A stretch of DNA of 64,000 bases from NCBI RefSeq assembly GCF_009914755.1, contig NC_060925.1; one strand, written 5' to 3'. Source of the DNA: the human T2T-CHM13v2.0 reference genome, Homo sapiens. The notes beneath the pieces were generated by a model that worked only from the letters and a program-made list of their open reading frames with translations, ran no database searches and was not told where the DNA came from. Positions 16,727-28,019 of this stretch are shown in pieces (the first letter of the stretch is position 1; every line of letters starts with the position of its first letter). Made by a program: the position numbers and the translations under genes.

Positions 16727-17084
16727 AATATTAGTCCGTTTTCACGCTGCTGATAAAGACATACCCGAGACTGGGCAATTTACAAAAGAAAGAGGTTTAA
16801 TTGGACTTACTGTTCCCCATGGCTGAGGAAGCCTCACAATCGTGGCGGAAGGCAAGGAGGGGCAAGTGACATCTTATGTGGATGGCGGCAGGCAAAGAGA
16901 AGAGCGCTTGTGCAGGGAACCTCCCCTTTTTATAACCATCAGATCTCACGAGACTTACTCATTATCATGAGAACAGCACGGGAAAGACCTGCCCCCATAA
17001 TTCCATTACCTCCCACCAGGTCGCTCCCACAACATGTGGGAATTAAAGATGAGATTTCGGTGGGGACAGAGCCAAACCATATAA
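16727..17084 (-). mobile_element. THE1A-like MaLR LTR (3' LTR)
   Basis: tattagtccgttttcacgctgctgataaagacatacccgagactgggcaatttacaaaagaaagagg...gagccaaaccatat; polypurine tract adjacent on the minus strand. Confidence 0.92.
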
Positions 17085-18514
17085 TTCTGCCCCTGGCTCC
17101 TCCCAAATCTCATGTCCTCACATTTCAAAACCAATCATGCCTTCCCAACAGTCCCCCAAAGTCTTAACTCATTTCAGCATTAACTTACAAGTCCACAGTT
17201 CAAAGTCTCATTTGAGACAAGGCAAGTTCCTTCTGCCTATGGGCCTGTAAAATAAAAAGTAGGTTAGTTACTTCCTAGATACAATGTGGGTACAGGCATT
17301 TGGTGAATACAGCTATTCCAAATGGGAGAATTTGGCCAAAACAAAGGGGCTACAGGCCCCATGCAACTCTAAAATCCAGCAGGGCAGTCAAATCTTAAAG
17401 CTCCAGAATGATCTCCGTTGACTCCACGTCTCACATCCAGGTCACGCTAATGCAAGAGGTGGGTTCCCATGGTCTTGGGCAGGCTCCGCCCCTGAGGCTT
17501 TGCAGGGTACTGCCTCCCTCCCGGCTGCTTTCACAGGCTGGCATTGAGTGTCAGTGGCTTTTCCAGGTGAACGGTGCAAGCTGTTGGTGGATCTACCGTT
17601 CTGGGGTCTGGAGGATGGTGGCCTTCTTCTCACAGCTCCACTAGGCCATGCCCCAGTAGGGGCTGTTTGTGGGGGCCCTGACCCCACATTTCCTTTTCCT
17701 CACTGCCCTAGCAGCGGTTCTCCATGAGAGCCCCACCCCTGCAACAAACTTCTGCCTTTCATCCAGGTGTTTCCATACATCTGAAATAGAGGAGGAGGTT
17801 CCCAAACCCTAATTCTTGACTTCTGTGCACTCACAGGCTTGACACCACGTGGCAGCTGCCAAGGCTTGGGGCTTGCACCCTCTGAAGCTATGGCCAGCTC
17901 TGCATTGGCCCCTTTCAGCTATGGCTGGAGCAGCACCAAGTCCCTAGGCTGCACACAGCACAGGGACCCTGGACCTGGCCCATGAAACCACTTTTTCCAC
18001 TCCTGGGCTTGTAATGGGAAGGGCTGCCATGAAAACCTCTGACATGCCCTGGAGACATTTTCCCCATTGTCTTGGGGATTAACATTAGGCTCCTCATTAC
18101 TTATTGCAGATTTCTGCAGCCGGCTTGAATTTCTTCTCAGAAAATGGGTTTTTCTTTTCTATTACATTGTCAGGCAAATTTTCCAAACTTTTATGCTCTG
18201 CTTCCCTTATAAAACTGAATACCTTTAAAAGCACCCAAGTCACCTCTTGAATGTTTTGCTGCTTAGAAATTTCTTCCACCAGATACCCTAAATCATCTCT
18301 CTCAAGTTCAAAGTTCCACAGGTCTCTAGGGCAGGGGCAAAATGCTGCCATTCTCTTTGCTAAAACATAACAAGAGTCACCTTTGCTCCAGTTCCCAACA
18401 AGTTCCTCATCTCCATCTGCAACCACCTCAGCTGGGACCTTGTCGTTATCAGGCTTTTGGTCAAAGCCATTCAACAAGTCTCTAGGAAGTTCCAAACTTT
18501 CCCACGTTTTCCTG
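17085..18514 (-). mobile_element. THE1 internal region, 5'-truncated with no 5' LTR
   Basis: cccaaatctcatgtcctcacatttcaaaacc...; minus-strand ORF remnant WESLELPRDLLNGFDQ...ELVGNWSKGDSCYVLAKR is the MaLR internal ORF. Confidence 0.92.
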
Positions 18515-18568
18515 GGAACCCAGAATTTCAAAACATGAATTAAACCAGTGAAAAAAGAGTGGCAGTAG

Positions 18569-19028
18569 TATATTAGTTTGCTAGAGCTGCCGCAACAAAG
18601 TAGCATGAACCAGGTTGCTTAAACAGACATTTATTGCCTCACAATGCCAGAGGCCAGAAGTCTAAGATCAAGGTGTCGGGGAGTGGTTCCTGCAGAGGGC
18701 TGAGAGGGAGAATCTGTTCCGTGCTTCTCCCTTAGCTTCTGGTGGCTTGCTGGCAATTTGTGGAGGTCCTTGGCTTGTAGACATATCCACTTAATCTCTG
18801 CCTTATCTTCATGTGGCTTTCTCCCTGTGGGCATGTGTGTGTCCAAATTACCCACTTTTTAAGGATACAGTCGTATTGGATTAGGGGCTCACCCTATTCC
18901 AGTATGACCTCATCACAACTAATTATATCTGTGACAACCCTGTTGCCAAATATGGTCACATTCTGGGGTACTGGGGGCTAGAACTTCCACAAGGAATTTT
19001 GGATGGGGACATAATTCAACCTATAACA
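18569..19028 (-). mobile_element. MLT1C-like MaLR solo LTR
   Basis: tattagtttgctagagctgcc...gaggccagaagtctaagatcaaggtgtc...ggggacataattcaacctataaca. Confidence 0.88.
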
Positions 19029-20162
19029 AATGATAAAAATACAAAATTAATAAAAGGTTCCCATTTCCTGGAGCCCTTATTACATGGTAGACTCTCACCT
19101 AGACATTTTATTTCATTAACTCAGTGAAGCTGCCTTGTCCCAATTCATAGTGGCAGAAGTCAAAGGTAAGAGAGGTCTCTCAGATTGCAACTTAGGTCTC
19201 CTTGATTTCAGACATGCTTTCTCTTTTATATGTTATTGCAAGAACATCACAAAGGAGCTATATGTGTTTATTTGGTGCAATTGAAATGCTAAACAGGTAG
19301 TAAATACACTGCAAAATCATGCTGAAGTTCATTGCAATGAAGACATCTTAAAGGACTCACAGGTGCCAGTTGTAGGGTCCCTACCAGAGAGGGCTGGGAA
19401 TTGCACACTCTTAGGGAAGGGAAAACCAGTGAAGTCTTGCCTGTGTCCACTGGGCTTATACCCGGCAACCAGCTGCTGCATTCCTAAGAACACCCAGCAA
19501 CCAACCTGCCTCTCTCCCTTTGTGCTTCCACATCCTCATTCTGAATTTAGATCAGAACAAAGAGTAGAGAAGGAAATGAGCCAGAAAATAGAAAATTAAT
19601 ACTTGGTAAAATCATCATATTTTAAAATTAATTTATAGGCAATGTCAGATAACAGGAGTTAAATCATTTTATCAGCAGGCTGCTCTAGGATTTAAAAATT
19701 GGCATCCGTCATTGTAAATCAGGTCTCAGGAGCCCCAGGGAATGGTCTCTAGGGATGAGGGCTGATGGCTGGGCAGAAATGTAAACACTTGACTGGCTGT
19801 GCCCTTTTATTTCACACAAAACCTAAAATATTTTTACATCACATGGAGTGGTTAGGGTGTGTTAAATAGTAACTGGAGGGAAGAAGCTATTGAGGTTTAC
19901 AGTTAGCCTGCTTTTAATGCTTATCTTCCTCCCTGTTGGTCCTGGGAAACTGGTTGTGTGAGAGATGCTCATTTTGAGGTTGCATTCCTGGCTCATTATT
20001 TAAGGGTTAGGCTTAACCTTCTGCATAGATACATTTTCCCTAGTAGTTTGGCTGTCACGTTTCTGCCATGCCTGTGAGCAGGAGCATCCACAGGTTTGCC
20101 ACATTTGTCCTGGGAAGACTTTCTGTGATTAAAGACCTGCCTTTCATCTTTTATCATTGCAG

Positions 20163-20531
20163 CTCTTTGCCGAGGGCGTGTGGTGAGAGTCCCCACAGCG
20201 ACCCTGGTTCGAGTGGTGGGCACTGAGCTGGTCATCCCCTGCAACGTCAGTGACTATGATGGCCCCAGCGAGCAAAACTTTGACTGGAGCTTCTCATCTT
20301 TGGGGAGCAGCTTTGTGGAGCTTGCAAGCACCTGGGAGGTGGGGTTCCCAGCCCAGCTGTACCAGGAGCGGCTGCAGAGGGGCGAGATCCTGTTAAGGCG
20401 GACTGCCAACGACGCCGTGGAGCTCCACATAAAGAACGTCCAGCCTTCAGACCAAGGCCACTACAAATGTTCAACCCCCAGCACAGATGCCACTGTCCAG
20501 GGAAACTATGAGGACACAGTGCAGGTTAAAG
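20163..20531 (+). CDS. PTGFRN: PTGFRN exon 2: end of signal peptide and Ig-V domain 1 ((A)LCRGRVVRVPTATL...EDTVQVK)
   Basis: Acceptor tcattgcag| at 20162, donor |gtacag at 20532; 369 nt, phase 1-1; Ig C...W...DxGxYxC pattern; matches the PTGFRN protein as I recall it. Confidence 0.97.
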
Positions 20532-20799
20532 GTACAGTCCTCACATGGGCTTGTTATGCCAGGGGCCAGACCTTTCTCTGCCCCTGGGCTGTGGTGGACT
20601 TTGTCAAGAGACTTAATTTCTCTGAGGCTCTGCTCCCTCCTCTGTCCAGGGGAATAATCATGTCTTAAATAATCATGTCTTAAAATTTAAAAATCATTGT
20701 TATCTGATTAAAGGCAGGGGATGGGCCAGATGACCTCAGAGGGCCCTTTCTCTTCACTCCGGTATGGTTCTGAGCCACCCTATGCCCAGTGAGGTGGAG

Positions 20800-21040
20800 G
20801 CAGCATGATGCGGTGGTGGAGAGCTGGCTCTGGAGCCAGGTTGCCTGTGATTGTTTGGTCCAGTTGCTGGCTCTACTACTTGTCAGCTGCATGGCTGTGG
20901 GCATGTTACATGCCTCAGCTTCCTCCTCTGTAACCTTAAAGGTTGTGAGGACAGCTGAGTTACCAGGTGTAAAGCCTTAGAGCAGTGCCATGTAAGCATT
21001 CAGTGGTTAGTGACAGGAAGGGGATGGTCATGTTAATGAT
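20800..21040 (+). mobile_element. MIR SINE
   Basis: ggctctggagccag...ctggctctactact...gcctcagcttcctcctctgtaa...ggttgtgagga. Confidence 0.75.
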
Positions 21041-22699
21041 GCTCAGGTTTATGGGAATCACAGGCACTTCAAAGTTCATGTCTTTCTCTGTGGCTTTCAT
21101 GATTTAAGTACTTGTTTGTACCAGATGTTTTATGTGTTATATGTAATGTGGTCTCTGCTAGCTTATTGACCTAGCTTTGCAAATATTACACCTTATGTAC
21201 CTGGAATGTTTTGGGATTTGTTTTGGGGGTTTTGTTTGTTTGTTTCATTTTCCAAGTCCTTTTAGATTTACTCACACATTCAATTCTCTGAACCCAATCA
21301 AAATAGGGCAGAATATTTCCCTAATTTATACATGAGGAAATGGAAGAGCATAGGTTAATTACTTTCCTAAAATCACACAGCTAATTAGTAAACGAGCAAG
21401 AACAAACCATTTTAATTTGGGGCTAAGAAAATAGAAACATTATAATTGTTGTTATTGTTACTTAATTATGCATTTATTTGTACCCTGCCTTGTTCCCAAA
21501 AGGATTTATGTCTGGGTCAGAATGTATGTAATTATCAGAAAGTAGAAAATGCACATGATGATATAAAAAGCGAGGGTTGATTGAGGCATTCATTCCCTCA
21601 TGACTTGTAGAACCCTGCCATAGCTCAGAGACTGTTCCCTCACTAGACTCATCAGGGGATAAAACTGTCCATTAAGGAGGTAATGAAACACCCCATCTAC
21701 CTCTTTATTCCTATAGAAAATTCAGAACATGTTATTTAGAAAAAGACACTCTTGTATTGGAGCTAAATATTGCCACATGCCACTTTTTCATTAAACCAGA
21801 TGCCCCCTTGTATCCCCTTGGAGTCTCCTCTTGAGTGGGAGGGAGAGTAAGGGGAGAATTCCCCCACCCGCACCCCACTTCCTCCAGTATCTTTCAGCCT
21901 CTTCTGCTGTCTTTGGAAGGCAGGAGACACAAGAGGAGGCCTTTCTTGGGTGAGGAAAGCAATGGATGACCATGAGAGAGACTGACTGCTGCCCAGGTGG
22001 AGCCTCTGATGGTTGCCATGTGTGGTCCAGGATCTGCCCGGCCTTCAGCTTCATGGCTCTTGAAACTATTCATCTGTGCTCTGAGAGATGAGCTGGCCTT
22101 GAGAACTGAGTCATATTAGCCAGACTCACAGACTGATACATATACTAGAAGGTCATTATATTTATTTTGCAGTAGAGATGGGTCTTCAGGATGTGTCCTC
22201 CTAAAAATGTAGCAGCTTTTAAATGTTATCTAGAATAGCCCCTTCTCAAGGACACTGAATTAGTTTCTGAATATGGAATTGGGGGGAAAAAAAAACAGAT
22301 GATGAATAGTGGTGTTGGAGGGTCCTCTTAGCCAGCTCATGGATAAGCCTGATAGATTTTTCCCTGCTGCTTGGTAGTGGCCCCCTTTCTGGTTACCAGA
22401 ATAGCAGTATCCATCTACTGCTTTTTTCCTGAGTACACCACCCATACTTCCTTGATCGCCGTCCCCTTTTTCTAGACTCTGTAGAAGTGTCTGGGCCTGT
22501 TCCTATCATGTGGATATGCTGTGTTCACCCTAGACATTCTTGGGCATTCCCCAGGCTGCAAGCCACAGGCAGCTCATGCCATCCTTTCTCCCCTGTGGAT
22601 CTTGCTACTTTAAGTCTAGAAGGTCACCTTATCTGCAGATTCTGCGGGCTCCCTAGCCTAGCCCTGGTCCTAAGCAAAGAAATGTTTGACAGTCATACC

Positions 22700-22850
22700 C
22701 AATGATTTATCATGACAGCTGAGTGCCAGGCACGGTCCTGGGAACTTACCCTGTTTAACTTAACTCTCATGTCAACTCTATGACGAAGGTCCAGTTGTCA
22801 TCCTCCTTTTAGGAAACTGAGGCACAGAGGGGTAAAGTAACTTGCCTTAA
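22700..22850 (-). mobile_element. MIR fragment
   Basis: gtgccaggcac...ggaaactgaggcacagaggggtaaagtaacttgcc. Confidence 0.75.
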
Positions 22851-23049
22851 GGGTAGCAGAAGCACATCACATCCCCAAGGCACGACTCCCACAGGGAGTT
22901 TTTACCACCCACTTCTAGCATGGGTTTTTTTTGGTACCTTTATTTTTCTTTTTCAAGTCAGAAAGTCAATTGAGATTACAGATGAATCCAATTGGGAAAA
23001 CGTGCCCATCCGGGTCTTGGAATGGGAAAGGGAGGAGGAAATTGTCTGT

Positions 23050-23545
23050 GGTTGCAGCGGTGGGCTGGCCCTTGCCGGCTGGGGTCGGTGTGGACGGGCT
23101 ACTGACCTAGCTTTCTCTCTCCGCAGTGCTGGCCGACTCCCTGCACGTGGGCCCCAGCGCGCGGCCCCCGCCGAGCCTGAGCCTGCGGGAGGGGGAGCCC
23201 TTCGAGCTGCGCTGCACCGCCGCCTCCGCCTCGCCGCTGCACACGCACCTGGCGCTGCTGTGGGAGGTGCACCGCGGCCCGGCCAGGCGGAGCGTCCTCG
23301 CCCTGACCCACGAGGGCAGGTTCCACCCGGGCCTGGGGTACGAGCAGCGCTACCACAGTGGGGACGTGCGCCTCGACACCGTGGGCAGCGACGCCTACCG
23401 CCTCTCAGTGTCCCGGGCTCTGTCTGCCGACCAGGGCTCCTACAGGTGTATCGTCAGCGAGTGGATCGCCGAGCAGGGCAACTGGCAGGAAATCCAAGAA
23501 AAGGCCGTGGAAGTTGCCACCGTGGTGATCCAGCCGACAGGTGAG
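23050..23545. promoter_or_regulatory. Intragenic CpG-island-like segment over exon 3
   Basis: Visibly very high GC and CpG density (cgcgcggcccccgccg, cgccgcctccgcctcgccgc) against CpG-poor flanks; regulatory function not shown. Confidence 0.7.
23127..23540 (+). CDS. PTGFRN: PTGFRN exon 3: Ig-V domain 2 with the family-defining EWI motif ((V)LADSLHV...CIVSEWIAE...VVIQPT)
   Basis: Branch-like ctgac, acceptor ctctctccgcag| at 23126, donor |gtgagc at 23541; 414 nt; EWI codons at 23459-23467. Confidence 0.97.
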
Positions 23546-25102
23546 CTGGAAACGATGCGTTATAGGTGATGTTATTTTGTGACTAATGATAGTGATACAA
23601 AGAACCGGGCCAGGGAGCCCCATGGCCTTCTGACAAGAACTGTTTCTGCTTCCCATGTGAGGCCTTATTTTTAGGGGTGAAGGGAGTAGGGTGTTGAGAG
23701 GTTGGAGGTGGGCGGGGTTACATTTGTTTTGTGCTGAGGATGCCTGTCGTTTTGCTTCGCAGCTGCTTTTATCTAAATTCATGTCCATGGAAAGCCACAG
23801 CCTGCACATAACACGAAGGCAGATCTTTCACTCAGAGTTGAGGTGCTGTGGTCCCTCAGCCAGATTAGGTAGGACTTGGTGTTCAGTGGAGCTTTGGGGT
23901 GAAGGTGCCACACCCTGCCCCTAAACTTTATCGGGTTTGATGTTTCCTGAGTCCTTTGACGTGCCTTTCTCTGCAGCTGTTGGAGTGTGTGCCTGGCTCA
24001 TCCCAAAACCTTTCATCTAACTTGTATCCTCTAGGCCTGCCTTTCGGTCCCCTCAGATGTGCTTTTCCTGGAAGGGGGAGGAGCTCTCTAGGGCAGGGCC
24101 GCTTCTTGCTTTCCTGTATCATACAGACCACAGGAGCATCCAGTCCTGGGGTCTGTACAAGAAGCCCTTTGTCCTGTCGTCTGTGAATCAGCTTTTTTTT
24201 TTTTTTTTCAAACCCTCTACTGCAATTATAGAAGTAATTAAGAAAATACAACATGCATTTTAGAAAACACATAAAAATAAAAGGAAAACATGGTCTTGTT
24301 GACTCATTGTCCAGCCAGCATCAATGGAGGACCTACTGTGTGCTCAGCTCTGTTCTGGGCCCTTGGGTCAGAGGTATTTGAGGCTTGTTCCCAGGCCCTG
24401 TGGAGCTTTAGGCTTCACAGAGACAGTGTAAAGAGACCAAGGAAGGGCAATGTCATTGCTCAGGATGAGTGGATGTCCTTGGTTTTCTGCAAGTCTGACA
24501 TCTTCAGATCTCAGAGTACTTTGCTGCTGTTGCTGCTGCCTTCTGTTTTTTAAACTGGGAAGACCTTGGTTGTTGCACTCATTTCCTGAGCATGAATGTG
24601 AATATGTGGTGGCTCTGTTACTCAGATGGGAAGGAAAGCAGGAAACAACACGCAGGGGGAATATTTTGTCTCTGAAGGTGCATTGTCCTGAGCTCTTTAC
24701 TCTGCACTTACACCACAGCACAGAGCCTGGATTTGGAAAAGTGGGTGGTGGAAAAGCAGGTCTGAGGTTCTTGAGTGACTATGGCCATTGAGGAGAGGAG
24801 CTGCTCATTACTGGTCAGTCTGGGCTCCACTGGCTGCAGAAATCGCTTTCCAGATGGACTTAGGTTACCTTCCTGATCAGAAGTGATCGCTCTGCAATCT
24901 GCCCTAAGAAACCTCTAGATATTAAACTTGCATCAAACAACTCTTAAGAGTTTCAGCTGTGTAGAAAGTTTACGCTTTTTTGGAAGAATTTGAATTGTAA
25001 AGACATTTTTTGTTTCAAACACACCATGAGACCTATAATATCTAGCTAAGAGACTTGAACACTGAACTTATTAGGCAGGTAATATCTGGCTCTCAGATGA
25101 GA

Positions 25103-25575
25103 CAGGGTTCATAATCTTTTTGTGCCATGAGACTTTTCGACAGCCTTTTGAAACCTACAGACCTTTTCTCAGAATTAACATGTTTTAATTCATAAAATAC
25201 AGTACACAAGATGACAAAGGAAAATAATTATATAGAAATCGTTATCAAAATACTTGTAAAGCAAATTGATTTTGTAGTAATATGCTGCTTTATTAATGCA
25301 TTGATAATAAGATAGTGGCAGGCTTAACAACTGTACTTTCTGAATAGTAATGAGTATACATGATATTTCAGGATATCTGCAGCAACTGTAATGTGATTTC
25401 TATTTGGGGTAGTTCCAGACACAGGTAATACTACACTGGTTTGTTGCTTACTTTCACAGTGGGAGGAGATGCTATATTTCAGGTACAGATTAATAAAAAT
25501 AAAGATGGAGTTTTTTTCCCATCCAAGTTCACAGACTCTAAATTCTCTTTGTGGATCCCAGGCTAAGAACTGTCA
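25103..25575 (+). mobile_element. MER119-like hAT-Charlie DNA transposon
   Basis: cagggttcataatctttttgtgccatg...gaaacctacagaccttttctcagaat...cccatccaagttcacaga...caggctaagaac; degenerate inverted ends. Confidence 0.7.
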
Positions 25576-27204
25576 CACTAGGCTGATGGTCCTTCTCTTC
25601 TTGTCCACACCTGCACTATCCATAGCTGGCTGCTTATATATTCTTATCACATTGTTATGATAAATGGCGCAGAGTGAAGCTGTGCTACCCATGTGGCAGG
25701 GAGCCTCCTCCCCAGCCCCTCCTCCCTGTCATGGGAGTGGTCTGGTTGCTGCAAACTTTGTCTGATTTATGGATTTAGTTATATTCAGGGACAGAGAACC
25801 TGCCCCACCACAGGCTTTGCCTGAGGTCCCTTCTTTCATTACAAATACTTAGAACTGGTCCTTTTTTTCCCTTTAGCCTACTCCATCCTGTCTCTCAGCA
25901 GTAAACTCCCAAATCCAGAATGTGTGGGACCTCTGGTTAGTGATGTGACAAGATACTGAGCCACTTGCACAGAGAAAATTACAAAGTGAACTACACAGCT
26001 GAAGAGACATCCCTGCCAATATTTTCTGAACCTGAGACTCTGTTTTCTCCATCCATACAGTCCACAGCTGCTTGTTAAGTACTTCTTCACTGACCCGACT
26101 CCCTCCTGAGTCGTCTTTTACTTCCAGTAGCTGAAGTCCTGGCAGAGGTGACTCCAGCAGGATTCCAGGGTTTCTGGCCACAAGCTTTGACTGTAGAATG
26201 GTTCAAACTGCAGAGCCTGGCTCAGGGCAGCAGTTTCCATACTTAGTCCTCACAAATGATACCCTCAGGCTACTTTTGGCCCTTTTAAAGAGATGATCGA
26301 GAGAAAGAATTAGGAGACTAGGTGGAAGGAGAAATTGAACTTTTAAATTGCCTTTTCTAATACTGTGCCCACCTTATTTTCTGTCTTCTGTCTAGCTGGA
26401 TCTTGAACTTGACTTGAAATATTTGTTTGAAATATTGTCAGGCTTTGGACATATTCATATGAAAGTAATTTACGCCAAGGAGCATGGGCTTTGGAGTTGG
26501 TCTTTTCTGAATTGGGTCCCTGAGCTTACTGGGGCCAGCGCCATGCCGTTGATGCCAGCGACTTGCTAGAAGGCCAGGGCTGTGCCTCTGCTTGAATCCC
26601 CTGGGAAGTGCTTGGTACTTGTCATCTAAGTAATTGTTCCCGGACATTTCACAAGTTGATGTTTTTCTACTCAGATTACAGATGCTCTTTTAAAATCTTC
26701 TGAATAGAATAAAATGTTTCCATGTGAAAGCTTTGACAGGGGAATGCTGGAACTAGATCTGCCTTGAGTCTGTGACACCAAATACTTCAGTGCTTCATCT
26801 AAATATAGTCTACTTTTAATTATCCACACTAATGAGAAAGGACAGTAGTGCAGATAATCCAAAAATCATCGTGTTTTAGTTTTAGAATATGTTTTATGAT
26901 TGGCTTTTATGTGGGAATGTCTAAGAAATAAATTATACTCTCAGTACATTACATTTTGAAGACTTGACTCAAGGAAAATTGTCTGGTTTCACTTTCCTGG
27001 CCCTTCTGTTTAGGATTTTTCCCTTTTATCCCTTAGACAGTTTCACCCTCACTTCTGCTGCCTTATTGCCTAGCCCCCAGCTAACAATATGTACCAGTCA
27101 GAAGCAAGTCTTCCTTTTCTGTAAAATCACCCAAGTTTCATCATGCACATGGAGAATGTATAATTTTAGTTTTACAGTCTTCAATAGACTGCTTATCAAA
27201 AGAT

Positions 27205-27445
27205 AGCATAACAGTGAAGAGCAGAGTTTCTAAAGGCAGATAGCCTGGATTTGGATTCCATCTCTGCCACCTATCAGCTGTGTGACCTTGGGCAAGTTAC
27301 TTAACTTCTCTGTGCTTCAATTTCCTCATCAGTAAAATTAGGCCTCTTAGGGTTGTTTTGAGGATTATTATATGTAAAGCACTCAGAACACTGCCTGGCA
27401 TATATAGCAGATATATGTAAATGTTTGCGGCTATTGTTGTTTTTA
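27205..27445 (+). mobile_element. MIR SINE, near full length
   Basis: ctctgccacctatcagctgtgtgaccttgggcaagttacttaacttctctgtgcttcaatttcctcatc. Confidence 0.9.
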
Positions 27446-27638
27446 TAAAATAAGAAGAAATGTGGTATGTTCTGTTAATTTATTCATTAAATATTTCTCA
27501 AGCACTTACAACTGTACAAAGCCTTCTAACTTTAATGCTGTAAATAAGAACTTAAAAGGAGATGCTTTAAAGAGGGTGGAGAATAGAAGGGGCAAACATA
27601 ATCAGATTACCTAGATGTATTTGTTTTTAATTTTCAAG

Positions 27639-28019
27639 TTCTGCGAGCAGCTGTGCCCAAGAATGTGTCTGTGGCTGAAGGAAAGGAACTGGACCTGACC
27701 TGTAACATCACAACAGACCGAGCCGATGACGTCCGGCCCGAGGTGACGTGGTCCTTCAGCAGGATGCCTGACAGCACCCTACCTGGCTCCCGCGTGTTGG
27801 CGCGGCTTGACCGTGATTCCCTGGTGCACAGCTCGCCTCATGTTGCTTTGAGTCATGTGGATGCACGCTCCTACCATTTACTGGTTCGGGATGTTAGCAA
27901 AGAAAACTCTGGCTACTATTACTGCCACGTGTCCCTGTGGGCACCCGGACACAACAGGAGCTGGCACAAAGTGGCAGAGGCCGTGTCTTCCCCAGCTGGT
28001 GTGGGTGTGACCTGGCTAG
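27639..28019 (+). CDS. PTGFRN: PTGFRN exon 4: Ig-V domain 3 ((V)LRAAVPKNVSV...GVGVTWL)
   Basis: Acceptor ttttcaag| at 27638, donor |gtgagt at 28020; 381 nt; LTC...W...NSGYYYC. Confidence 0.96.

Noticed and set aside
18097-18606. 169-aa minus-strand ORF as a novel gene
   Set aside because: Remnant of the THE1 internal ORF joined by chance to flanking and MLT1C sequence
20532-20668. Read-through extensions of exons 2, 3, 4, 6 and 8 shown in the ORF track
   Set aside because: Artefacts of ORF calling past GT donors; no adjacent canonical poly(A) signal noticed like that after exon 7
23099-23809. Antisense ORFs over exon 3
   Set aside because: Expected shadow frames of GC-rich coding sequence with no recognisable homology
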